Origin: Podarcis filfolensis
Taxonomy: Eukaryota
Reading direction: 5' to 3' (one strand)
Assembly (NCBI GenBank): GCA_964270895.1
Contig: OZ185442.1
Length of the DNA: 64,000 nucleotides
Notes under the pieces: generated by a model
Seen by the model: the letters and a program-made list of their open reading frames with translations, nothing else
Database searches by the model: none
Told to the model about the DNA's origin: nothing
Shown: one piece after another, positions 10,236-22,203 of the stretch
Layout: each line of letters starts with the position of its first letter
Numbering within the stretch: the stretch's first letter is position 1
Made by a program: the position numbers and the translations under genes

Positions 10236-11320
10236 CCTAATGTGGGGAAAGATTTTTCTTAAATAACTTTGCAGGTGAGGATCAATCTTGTAACGATCGC
10301 ACCACCACGAGAAATCAGTTTTTGGGAATTATTTTGCCCAATGCAAATTGTCAGTTAATGCAAATATATTATCTTTGACCAATTCTTCTTTCTTTCTTTG
10401 GTGGTGGTGGTGGTGGTGGGGGGTGAGTAGTGGGAGGGAGGCTGATACTCATCTACTAATCTAAGAAGATCTGATGATAAATTATATACCAACATTAATT
10501 TCTTGCACTGCATAGCTCAAGTTGACACCTTGGGGAAGGGCCTGTCCTGACACACACCCAACCCACACAGACAGAGGTCTTTACTTGGAAGTTAGAAAGA
10601 GACCGTCATTCAGGCAAGTAATGATCCAGACTTAGCAACAGACACGGGAGTCGCAATGCAGGAGTTCAGGACTGGATGGAAGCAATGGAGACGTCCCAAG
10701 ACATTTCCTCACCCCCTCACCGAGTCTGAAGGTGAGGCATGGCGCTTGCGAGACTCTCTCACCTTGTGGGGATATTGGCATTGTGTGATCCCTCGGGGCA
10801 GGTGGGTCTTCTCCCATCTGTAAAGGTCCTAGGTGACAAGACTGCACCCTGCTGCTCCAGCTTTTGTTCAGTTGGTGCTGGACCCTGTTAAGCCTCTCCT
10901 GCCCCAGTGGCTGAAGGCTGAAGGAGACTGGTACAGATATACTGTGCTAGATGTCTAACTCAGTTTAAGACAGTTTGATTCCTCACACCATCTCTTCCAC
11001 CCTTTGCTGCCCTATGTCCATGTGTTTGTGGCCACCTTTAGATATCCTCTAGCCCTTGTCACAGCACGTGCAACTTCTAAATTCCTGGTGGATCCATCCC
11101 TCCTGCCCCAGGAAATCAGCACAACACTGGCACCCTAAATAACTGGGTACTTAGGGCAACAAAAGCCCAACCCTGACTCCTCCTATTCCAGATGCAACGG
11201 GTAGCATTCCCGAAGCCCTGAATGAATCCCATCCACAGAGCCAGCCTGGAAGCCTCACAGCCAGCTGTGTCCCTGGTCCAGAGGCAGCTGCTGTGCTTGA
11301 TGCACAACTTCAGGCAGGAG

Positions 11321-11341
11321 GGAGCTGTCCAGGGTCCTGAC
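11321..11341 (-). promoter_or_regulatory. Second RE1-like motif
   Basis: Reverse complement GTCAGGACCCTGGACAGCTC has one mismatch to NTYAGMRCCNNRGMSAG. Confidence 0.4.
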
Positions 11342-11697
11342 AGCCAAAGCAAGAAGGCCAAGAGCCAGCCAGACTTGACAGGATGGGATCTGACAGCATC
11401 TTCCTGCTGTTGCCTCCCTTGCCTCCTTGTCCACACCCTGCCATCCCATTCACACCCTCCCTTTCTGCCTGACTGCTGTGCCCTCCCCAGAGCATCAGCC
11501 CCAGGCATGCAAAGGAAAGCACCAGCTGTTGAGCAAAACTGACAGGGGACAAGCTGAGCTGATGGAGAGAAGACAGAAATCATCTTGTGGTTCTTTTGAT
11601 GTTGCTTCAGGCCAGCCTTTCCTCTCTTTTCCTCCCCCTCCCTAAGGCGGTTCTTCCTCCCTCTCCAACTCTTTATGTACCATGCTGAAGTTACAAT

Positions 11698-11825
11698 NNN
11701 NNNNNNNNNNNNNNNNNNNNNNNNNNNNNNNNNNNNNNNNNNNNNNNNNNNNNNNNNNNNNNNNNNNNNNNNNNNNNNNNNNNNNNNNNNNNNNNNNNNN
11801 NNNNNNNNNNNNNNNNNNNNNNNNN
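11698..11825. other. Assembly gap (128 N)
   Basis: N run. Confidence 1.
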
Positions 11826-11942
11826 ATTCCAATGCAACATGCAAACATCACACTGCAGACTAATATATCCAGAGTAACTACCACCCTCTCTTTCACTTGA
11901 TGAGTACAGTGAAATGTTATTTCATAACATCTATCTATCTAA

Positions 11943-12273
11943 GGGACGTGGGTGGCGCTGTGGGTTAAACCACAGAACCTAGGACTTGCCGATCAGAAGG
12001 TCGGCAGTTCAAATCCCCGCGACAGGGTGAGCTCCCGTTGCTCGGTCCCTGCTCCTGCCAACCTAGCAGTTCGAAAGCACATCAAAGTGCAAGTAGATAA
12101 ATAGGTACTGCTCTGGCGAGAAGGTAAATGGCGTTTCCGTGTGCTGCTCTGGTTGGCCAGAAGCGGCTTAGTCATGCTGGCCACATGACCCGGAAGCTGT
12201 ATGCCGGCTCCCTTGGCCAATAAAGCGAGATGAACGCCGCAACCCCAGAGTCGGCCACAACTGAACCTAATGG
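11943..12273 (+). mobile_element. Sauria SINE (Squam1), 3' end lost in the gap
   Basis: gggacgtgggtggcgctgtgggttaaacc...gcagttcgaaagcacatcaaagtgcaagtagataaataggtac; near-identical to 25121. Confidence 0.9.
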
Positions 12274-12487
12274 NNNNNNNNNNNNNNNNNNNNNNNNNNN
12301 NNNNNNNNNNNNNNNNNNNNNNNNNNNNNNNNNNNNNNNNNNNNNNNNNNNNNNNNNNNNNNNNNNNNNNNNNNNNNNNNNNNNNNNNNNNNNNNNNNNN
12401 NNNNNNNNNNNNNNNNNNNNNNNNNNNNNNNNNNNNNNNNNNNNNNNNNNNNNNNNNNNNNNNNNNNNNNNNNNNNNNNNNNNNNNN
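12274..12487. other. Assembly gap (214 N)
   Basis: N run. Confidence 1.
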
Positions 12488-13799
12488 AAGCACTATACAT
12501 AATCTTAAAAGATAAGACAATCCTTGACTGCTGGCTCACAATCTAATAGACACAGCACAAAAGGAAAAAGGAATGAGGAGGGGAAAGGAAAGGAAGTGAT
12601 GGATCAGCTGCTCCTTCTCCAGCTGATCAGACGCCAAGTTTGTCTCCCCCTTGATGTTCTCTCAGTAGCTGTTGGCAGAGGCCAGAAAGTGCTTTCCTTT
12701 GGATTTGTAGTCCTCAGGTTATCCATCTATCCACCTATTTAATCTCTGTGTGTGACACACCCACCTCTAAGGTGCTTTAAAGGCTGCCACATTTACTACT
12801 TGCTGCCTCCATGCATTCATACCTGCCAGAAAGGAGGCCATCCTTTGTCCACCTGCCCAAAGACAGTTCTGGATAAGGGGTTACTAGGCCCCACCAGACA
12901 ATCAGGTCTTGTATTTGCTATATACTTTTCTGCCTGTGTGAAATAAGTTTCTCACACCACTTCCTCCTAGATTCCCTGGAAGGTGCAAGAACGACCCACT
13001 TGCCAAATGGATCTGAATTATTGGTTACTCCCAGGGTGGCCCTCTCATCAGCGTTAGGCATAATGGTACGCTTTTTTTAAAAAAAGGCCCCCTCTCCTGT
13101 GTGTAATTTCCTTCTTTGGTGTAAAATGCAATGATCCTTTCTGCACATGATAAGTGATACCATTCCATCATCGTGCAATTATGCGGGTCTTGGCAGAAGC
13201 TTAAAATGAAATTCATCCATCCATCCCTGGCTGGAAGAGATTCATAGCAGTTTGAGGAGAGAAATAATGGTCCAATCTAAGTTACCTTAGGAGCTGCGTC
13301 ATCTTGTGTAGTTCTTCTCTCCTGCCTGCTTTATTGGTGTTGTTGGACTCCAACTCCCACCATGCCCATTAACTGAACATCCCTGCTAGCAGGACCCGAC
13401 TGCAAGAACACTCTCCCATCCTGTGGCTTCCAGCAGCTGGTATTTTGGAGAATTTTTGCCTCTGACTGTGGAGTCAAAGCATAGCCATCATGGCTAGCAG
13501 CCACTGAAAGCCTTCTCCTTCATGAAATTGTCTGAACCTCTTTTAAAGCCATCCAAGTTGGTTGAGCAAATCACTTCCTCTTGTGGCAGTGAGTTCCATA
13601 GTTTAACTATGTGCTGTCTGAACAGAAGCACTTTCTTTTACCTGCCATGACTCTTCCAACAGTCAGCTTCCTTGGATGTGACTGGCCGTGCTGGCTTTGT
13701 CCCGATGGGAATTGGCATCTACATGGCCACAGGTTTTCCCCATTCCTGAACTTAGACCAGGCATGGAGCCAAGTTAGGAATGGCTGGGAATCTTTAATG

Positions 13800-13802
<3 letters not shown>

Positions 13803-13834
<32 letters not shown>
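13803..13834 (+). repeat. (GT)16 microsatellite
   Basis: Direct count. Confidence 0.95.
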
Positions 13835-13837
<3 letters not shown>

Positions 13838-15340
13838 GATATTTTGAAGACTTCCCATGCACCACTGTGTCATGGCTGGAGTGAGACTCGGGTCAGTATG
13901 TAAGACACAAGCTCCCAACATCAGCGAAGTTAACTCCTCATGAAAATTCATTAGCATTTTGGTGCAGATGCCTCCTAATGTAAACATTTTTGCAAAGCAA
14001 TTTTCCTTAACGTAACAGGTTTCCGTATGTCAGTTTCACTAATACACACATTGATGGGCACCTCTTCATCTCTGTATGGCACAAAGGCAGGCTTCCCGGC
14101 CTGGCTGGAAGAAAAAGGAGGCAAGGCAACCAGGGATTTCTTGGACCAGCTAAGGAAGGGGTAGGGGGGTGGGGGTGGGGAAATGCTGGAGCTTGCAAGA
14201 GAGATGCCATGCAAAAATGTTAGTTACATTTCCTCTTTGTATGAGACGGGAAACATATATGGTGCCATCGAACCAGCTCCGAAACTCGTCAGCATCACCC
14301 GCTTTACTCAGCCCCTCTTCCCAACGTAGCTCATTTTTTTTGGACATACGAACACACAACTCTCTTTCATGGTTTTATTTGATTTTATTGGAAAAAGAAA
14401 GATTTTTTTTTTAGTACTTTAATTTGTCATTTTTTTTCTCTTTTCCTCATGGATTTGGCAAAAAATAATAAATAAATTTAAAAAATAACCCAAGGAATCA
14501 GGAATTTGGCCGCAAAGCCCACCCCTCTCAGAGGTGGATTCGAGCCCCTTTTGCCGGAGGCAGGTTCGAATCCCACCTCCACGGGATTGGCACGACGCCC
14601 CTGCGATGGGTGTGGCCCTCGACGGGCCGCATGAGATGGAAGACAAGGTGGTTTGTTTTGCTTGCAATAAAGTTTTTTTTTTACAATATTTTCGTCATTT
14701 TTTTTATAATGTTGAGGTACAGCATCCACCGACATGCCCCCTCCCCTTCCCAGCTGCCCTCCTGCCCCACCCCCTAACCTCTGCGACAGTTAACGGAGCA
14801 TGGGACCATTGATGGAATGGGTAGCTCCAGCTTGCTGGCTCTGAGGTCGGCCGTCCTGCACACCTGCTCCTTCCCTGCTCCGCGTTCGGTTGTTGGCTCA
14901 CCCCTTCCTCCTCCCCTTTCCACATCTCTGACTTGCAACACACTTTGCAGGTTCAGGCCGGGATCTTCTCCACCACATCCTGCCTTTGCAGCTGCAGCCA
15001 TCCACCAGGTGCCTTCAAGGAGGCCATGGGGTTGATAAGAAGCCTGCTACCAGTTGCCTCGCTGATCTGGGGTCTATTGCTACTGAACATGGTGGTTTCC
15101 CTTTAAATGACACTGGCTCCTCCTCCCTGAACCTTCCAAATCCTTCTCCAAAGTCAGTGGTGGCCAGTCCATTAGAGTGAATGGGGAGGGGGCCCTGCCC
15201 TCAGCATCTTCAGTCTGTCCCCAGCCAGTCTGCATCTGCTTGCCTTCATATGCAGAACCAGTCTAGGGGATATTGTCCCTTGTGTAACTCAGCAAAATTA
15301 GGCTAAATTAGAATGAGTTGTTTCTGCCTCTCATTGGTTC

Positions 15341-15359
15341 TGGCGCCACCTACTGTTAA
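15341..15359 (-). promoter_or_regulatory. CTCF motif within a short dispersed repeat (copy 1)
   Basis: Reverse complement TTAACAGTAGGTGGCGCCA versus core CCASYAGRKGGCRS; one mismatch. Confidence 0.55.
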
Positions 15360-15872
15360 CCTCCTTGCCTTCTGCCCTACCGGCCCTAAGAGGCACTGAT
15401 CTAAATCCAGCAGGCGCCATTGCATTGAGTCTTGTGGCTATGAGTTCCACATGATAATGCAAGCACTCTCCCTGCCACTGCTCCCTGCTCAGATCTTTGC
15501 CCTCCCCTTCTGATCCTGCATCCCCATTCCTGCTTGCACCCATTTGGCCCCGCTGCCAGCCTTCTTTCTCCACTGTGGTCCTTCTTCCACCCTCCCTTTG
15601 GCTACCTTCACTCTGCTCTGCTTCCTTCATTCTTTCTGGTGTCTCTAGCACGGCTGGACGGTCCTGGGTCTTGCAAGCTGCCAGCAGGCAAAAGGGAACT
15701 TTTGATGATCAGCTGGAATGGCCAAGTTGCTGGGAAAGAAACCACAGCCCAACCTGGTTGAGGCAAGACAGCCTTCCTCAGCCTTCCCGGACGGCATTCC
15801 CTTCTGGAGAACTCCCTGGGGGAGGCCTCATGCCAGTGGTGGGTGGGGCCAGGGGACAAAGTGGGTGGACAA

Positions 15873-16052
15873 TCTCCTTTCCCTTCCTCTCCCACAACAA
15901 ACACTCTGTGAGGTGAGTGAGGCTGAGAGACTTCAGAGAAGTGTGACTGGCCCAAGGTCACCCAGCAGCTGCATGTGGAGGAGCGGAGACGCGAACCCGG
16001 TTCCCCAGATTATGAGTCCACCGCTCTTAACCACTACACCACACTGGCTCTC
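15873..16052 (-). mobile_element. Squam3-type tRNA-derived SINE (partial)
   Basis: Reverse complement gagagccagtgtggtgtagtggttaagagcgg...ctggggaaccgggttcg; matches 44650 and 47628. Confidence 0.85.
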
Positions 16053-17199
16053 AAGTTGGAGGTGCGGCATAGGGAGAGTTTTGAAGGCCAGGCAAAGAGG
16101 TCTGGAGGGCCGCAATCCCTGCTTTGGGGCCTGGTGTTCTATTCTGTGGTGCCTTCTACCACCCATGGCCTTGGTGTATTAGAAAAGTTGCGTTTCTCTT
16201 TCCTACCTCCATCTGTCCCTTTACTGTCCTTCATTTTTCTACTTCCCAGAGATCTTTGCTTTCCTTATCCTGCCTTATGAGGGGCCCCTCCCTCCCATTA
16301 AGGACCCACAATCTTGGGGGTGGGAAGAAGGGCTCTGGTGCTTTTGACATCAGGCTGATGTGCGCACATCAGCAGGTGATGTGCTTTGAATAGCGTCGTT
16401 TGCAGGTTTGGTTGATGCACAAGAGCAGCCCAGGAAGGTTCCTCTACTCCTTTTCCTTGGTTCTGTTCAGCAGTAAGTCCAGCTTGCTCTCCAATTCCAA
16501 TTGTCTGCCGGGTTACTTGAGTGGACTGGTATGGGCCACCATGTGGCCCGGTCAACTCACCATTGCCTAGACACACTCCTGTGTGTTGCTGCTCCCACCT
16601 TTCTCTCTGGTAGCACTCCTGTCTATTTAACAGTTTGTATTATAGGCAGAGAAACTGTGCTGATTTTTCTTGCCTCCAAGCAGTGGAAAGCTGCACCTGT
16701 TAGACGTCTGTCTGAACACACAGCCATTAAATGCACAGGAATGAAATCAGCAAACAGACTCTGGGTAGGAGGAGATGTCTAGGGCAACTGCTCTGTCCTA
16801 CTGTTTTAAACATTGACTCTTTTGCTGGGAGCAGCTAAAAGGGCCCCCAAACCCTTCCCTGACAGCAATCCGGAAAACTACTCCCCCAAAAAACTCACCT
16901 CTGCATCACTGAATTGTGCACGGACCTCAGCATGGAACGACCCACTCCATCAGAAATCACTCACGCTTATCCCTTGACGGGGAGAAAAAAAAACATTCCC
17001 CCCCTCAAGTTTTACAATACAGACATGGTGCATATTAATTAGTGGCTAGCACAAGTAATCACACGTGCAGACAAGGTGTAAAGTCTGTGTAAAGCCCGGA
17101 GGTCCCTCCCCGTAATAGATTTTCAGCTGGCAAAATTGGTTTGTTCCTGGCTGACATACCCTTGGTCTGAGGATTTCACCCCTGTTCACGTATACTTGG

Positions 17200-18680
17200 C
17201 ATGGAGTTTGCAGCACTGTTCGTATGTTATTATTCCAATATCATCAGCATATTCTCTCACATGCCATGCCCAGTGTTTTTTTACTCCCCGCCAACCACGG
17301 CTTTTCACACGCTTTCCAGAGAGTTTACACTCTGACTGTTTCCACATGCTTGATGAAGTGTTTACACCCAGTTTGCAAAGAGATTGAGCTCTCCACCACA
17401 CACATACTTTACAACTATTTTACATCTGGCTTACATGTGCTCCACAAATCATTTACAACCTTTTTTTTTTTGCTTTTTTTTTTTTTGCACATACTTTACA
17501 TGGTGTGAGTTTTTGGAAAAATACCTGCACTCTGCTTAAGCATGCTTTTTGCAGAGTACCCAAATTGCTTCCCCCACCCACCCACCCACATGATTTACAT
17601 GGAGTTCACACCTTGCTCTGCCTGTGCTTTACAATGAGTTTTGCATATGCTTTATAATGAGTTTGCACTTTGTCGGCATGCACTTTACACAGCGTTTACA
17701 AGTGCTTTACACAAAGATATGCCTTGCTTACATATAGTTTATACATGGTTTGCAACAATTTTCAAAGATCCTTTGTTTACATGGGCGTTACAAGTTTACA
17801 TGGTATTTGCACACTCCACACCTTTGCAAAGTGTTCTTGCCCTTTGCAGATAGACTGGGAATTTCCCGCTGTTTTGACTTATTAACACCAGTCAACTAAA
17901 TTATTATTATTGATTTAAGATACCAGCCAAGGTATGCTGTCCCGGTACAACAAGGCATAAATATGGAGAATCATAATAAGCTTAGTCCCAATTACACCAT
18001 GAGCAAGTACTGGCTCGTGTGTGTGTGTGTGTGTATGTTTTAATTAGCACTGACATGTATTACATGTGAATTTTCATGTGACTTACACATGGTGTACACA
18101 TGGGTTGACACATGGTTAACACATATGCTTAGGAGTAGTTTGCACCTGCTATTCACATGCTTAGCACGTGACATAGATAAGATATTTTTCCCGGGAAGAG
18201 ACTGCAATTGGCACATTGTTCAGGAAGTTACATGTCAAACACAGTTAACACATGCTTTACTCATGGTTTAACACCTGCTTTACTCACTGGTTTCTCATGC
18301 TTGACACTAATTGCATATGATGCACTCGTGAACGGAGCATGGCTTCCTCGTGACTGGTGCGCGGCGTACTCATGCTTTACACACAACTTACTAATGGCTT
18401 ACAAATTGTCCTTTTGCTTATCTGGATGTGGCATATGCATGAACAGAGACATGCATGTTCATCACTTGATCCTGAACTGCTCAACGTATGGTTGGTCTGA
18501 ACATGAACTTATTCCAGGTGCTCACTTTTCACACATGGCTATATGCTTCTGCCAGTTAATTGCACAAGGTTGCAGACGATGCATTTTTTTTTTTAAAAAA
18601 AAGTCATCTCCAGTATGGCTGAACAAGAAGTGCGTGTGCAAAGCAAGATCATAAACTCATGTAAACATTGTCAACTTTAC
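17200..18680. repeat. Degenerate ~11-bp-period array (TTTACACATGG-like)
   Basis: For example ttacacatggt/gtacacatggg/ttgacacatgg/ttaacacatat near 18081-18125; tttaca and cacatg recur throughout. Confidence 0.6.
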
Positions 18681-20385
18681 ATCTACTTGCTAAGATAATA
18701 ATAGTAAAATAGTTCCGAAAACCAGGGGTGTGATTCCAGGGACGCTGGCAGATTTAACAGTCGGTGAGGTCACAGAGCTTGTCTGTTCCATCCATGACCT
18801 CTGTCCTCTGCCAGTGACCTCCAGTATTACAGGGAACAGGGTGGGGATGGGATATATCATTACTTTTGAGCACAAAAGATTACCACGTGTCGTTACTTTT
18901 ACTAGCAGTAGCTGATCCACTCTTCTAGACCAATAAATACTTGGGACTCCATGTCATTGGCACCAGGAGCTGGGTTTGCATGGTTCAAATTCGGTTATTT
19001 ATTTATTGCACTGATTTCTCTCTCACACACAAACACACAGAGTGGGGGGGATTTGTTTACATTATGTATATATCCGACTGCTCAGCCAGCCTTCTCCCGA
19101 GGGCTCGGAGTGGGCAGCAACAGATTAAAAACCAATATAAAATCCTGTTAAAAATTCAAATTCAGATCCAATTAAACAGCTGCGAACATTGCATATATCT
19201 AAAATGCCTGATCCTCTGCTGTGTCAACACGCCCCCCCTCCGTCTCCCCTGAAGTCCAGCCCCATGCTGAAAGATGAGGAGGCTCTGGAGAGTCTCTAGG
19301 AGCTGGTTCTTCCCACCTCCCTGGGCCTCCCCTCGCTTTCTCATTTGCAGCTCTATGTGTGAACTGACGCCACCGAAAAGCAATGCGATTTGAGGGGGTG
19401 CCAGCGTCCCTCTGTGTGATGATGAGGCACTTGCCAACATGCAAGTCCTCCTCGCTTGATGCCGTGGCCATCTAGTGACAAGCGTTTGTGCCTGTCCAGG
19501 GGTAAGGTGTCCCCACCCCCAAGGAAAAGGAGTTCCAGAGCTGTGGGGCAGCCCCTGAGATTGTCGCTGACAGCACTGCTTGGACGGTGAGCTCAGCCAG
19601 CCCACATTCACACCACACAACCTAAGCACTATGATACCACTGTAAACAATCATGGTTTCCCCCAAAGGATTCTGGGCTTGTTCAGATGCCACCCCCCTCC
19701 CTGCTAAAATTCTCAGAGTAGTTTCATGATCAGTCCCAGGGAACTCTGGGAATTGTAGCTCTGGGAGGGTGACAGGGGTGGGCTCCCAACCACCCTCAGT
19801 ACCTTAACAAACTACATCTCCCATAATTCTTTGGGGGAAACCACAACTGTTTAAAGTGGTATCGTAGCGTTTGGCCTGTAGGCGTTCTTTCTTGTGAAGC
19901 TACCTAACCTCCACCAGTCAGCGGAGGCAGATCCACGAGGGCCAATGGGGCGCTGTTCAACCAGCCTCCCTACTAGCCAACCCATACCTGCCTGTCAACT
20001 AGCCAACCCACACCTGCCTGCCTTCTCATCTACAACTGGTAAGGGGGCAGTTCTACTTTCGCATCAGTTCTGTCCCTGCCAACATCTGGTCTCCCTGCTT
20101 GCTGCCCCACAAGTCCCACTCAGCACCAGGCAACACTGGAGGCCACCATTGCTGTGAGATGGCAACACAGTCCTTCGCTGCTGCCCTTGTTTCTTTCCCA
20201 CCCACAGCTGAGTCCCCCTGAATGGCGGAGCGACCTTCAGGATGGAGAGATGCTGGCCAATCTTCTCTCACATCCCTCGAGCATGACAGCAAACTATGGA
20301 AAGTTATTTTCCTGCCGGGGGAAGGCGAACCCGAAGTGGAGGTTAGTGGGAGAGAAGTAGAGAGACACAGAGGGGTAGATGGAGG

Positions 20386-20514
20386 NNNNNNNNNNNNNNN
20401 NNNNNNNNNNNNNNNNNNNNNNNNNNNNNNNNNNNNNNNNNNNNNNNNNNNNNNNNNNNNNNNNNNNNNNNNNNNNNNNNNNNNNNNNNNNNNNNNNNNN
20501 NNNNNNNNNNNNNN
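20386..20514. other. Assembly gap (129 N)
   Basis: N run. Confidence 1.
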
Positions 20515-22058
20515 TGGCACCGTTTCATAGGCCTAAACTTTGGTCGTAAGTAGGCCAGCTTGTTCTTTTCTAGGCTGGCAGGGGAGGAGGAAGCTGGGAT
20601 AATTAATCCGATATTTTTAGTGCCGCTGTTGCTCATCCCCCAGTCCTCTCCGTTTTAGTCTGATGTCACTCTGTCGAACGTCAGTCTGGTGTGCTGGATA
20701 GTACACCAGACCTGCATAGCAGGTGACAGCCCGCTTGGCTGTGAAAGCTTTTTGGGCAAACACTTCCTCAGCCTGCCCTACCTCGCAGGGTTCTTGTGAG
20801 GATCGGATACATGCATGGTCCTTGGAGGAAGGGCAGGGGGGGGGAATTCAGTGGCTCCTGACCTTCCTCTCCACCCGCACTCCTAGCCCGGGTTCCTTCA
20901 AGTCTCTGTGCCTCTCAGCACCACTGTAGCAGCTCTGTTCTCTGCCTGCGAAGCCTCGTTTTATGGCCAATAGCAAATTGTGTTACATAGCCAGTTAAGA
21001 GGTCCTGTGATTGGTGAGCATGTCCTAGATAGCAGTTCTAAGCATCCAGGAAGAGGATCCACGAGCTGCAAAGATACCTGCACTTCTGTGCAGAAGGCGA
21101 CGTACATACCTTCCCACTGAATTGCTGCTACCTCCTAGGCCTTCTCTACTTTTCTCCACATAATAAGCCAAAGGTATGATCCTGTGAGCCTCTGCACACA
21201 TTTCCCTTCCTTGCTTGTTGGAGTTGCACAGAGCTGGGCAGCATTTGGGCAGCCAGTCCTGTTCCTTAGAACTGCAGACAATCGCCTTGGTGGCCTTCTT
21301 GGATTTTGGGGAGGTCACTCACTTCACTAGGTATGAGGGAATCTGTCGACTTCCATTCCTTTAAATCCAAAACTCTGCATTTCCACACCAGTTTGCATTT
21401 TTAAAATTTCTTTTTAAAGCCCTCGTGATTTTAGTGCAAATTTCTACAGACGGACATATTCTGGTGTGCAGTTTTGGTCTTCCATACAGTTTTGCAAAGC
21501 TAATTTCTCTAATGTAAAACAGTTTCGCGTGTTTGTTTGTTTTTAAACAATTTGCACATTTTTGTGCACACACTTTACCCTAGAATATGCATTTTTGTAC
21601 ATGTTGCAAAATTCAGAGAAATGCGAACGCTGAAGGATGGATGCGTTTCAGGTCACGAATTATGTAGGTTAACCTTTAAATGCAAACTGAATCGGATTTC
21701 TCCCCAATCTCTACCATGACACAGCTCTGCTTCCCTCTCTTCCTGTCTGGCGTCTAAAGGATAGTGACTTTGTGGTTCTGATAAACCACTGTTTTGTCAG
21801 GTCGCTTGGGGGCCTGTGGGATTAGCAGTTGCCTTCTGCTATTGAGCTGTACCTCTTGCTCCTCTGTCATGGCTGAACAGCAACACACTCAAGTTTAGGC
21901 CCAAGGATTGGGACCAGATTGCTAGTTCAGAGCAAAAGATTTCACCCAAGCCAGAAGCTGCTCTAGAATTTTCACTAGCAGAATAGGCAACCCAGGGAGC
22001 GGTATTGGCCTTGAGTCTGCCTTCCATGGTTTTTCTAGGAGCATGCAATGAAGCAAAT

Positions 22059-22203
22059 TATAGAATCACAGGGACCACCAAGGGTCATCTAGTCCAACCC
22101 CCTGCAACGCAGGAACTGCAACGAAAGCATCCAAGACAGATGACCATCCAACCTCTGCATAAAGACCTCCAATGAAAGGGAGTTCACAACCTCCTGAGGG
22201 AGT
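22059..22203 (-). mobile_element. CR1 LINE 3' end
   Basis: tagaatcacag...agggtcatctagtccaaccccctg, the reverse complement of the CR1 (ATTCTATG)n tail region; matches 38699. Confidence 0.7.

Noticed and set aside
10763-10817. 55-nt minus-strand exon-like unit (ttacag|ATGGGAG...CAAG|gtgaga)
   Set aside because: Weak pyrimidine tract and no partner exons or recognisable peptide.
14531-14582. tRNA gene (GGTTCGAATCCC T-loop)
   Set aside because: No D arm, anticodon arm or acceptor stem could be folded; kept only as a hairpin finding.
17186-17401. ORF containing REYADDIGII (RT-like YADD)
   Set aside because: No other RT motifs nearby and it stops 12 codons after IGII; probably chance.
18690-18920. 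Minus-strand ORF ending SASVPGITPLVFGTILLLLS* (GPI-like)
   Set aside because: No convincing acceptor or upstream exon; the hydrophobic end derives partly from a tat/att low-complexity run.
9061-20636. ORFs spanning N-gaps
   Set aside because: Their length is an artefact of X translation through gaps.
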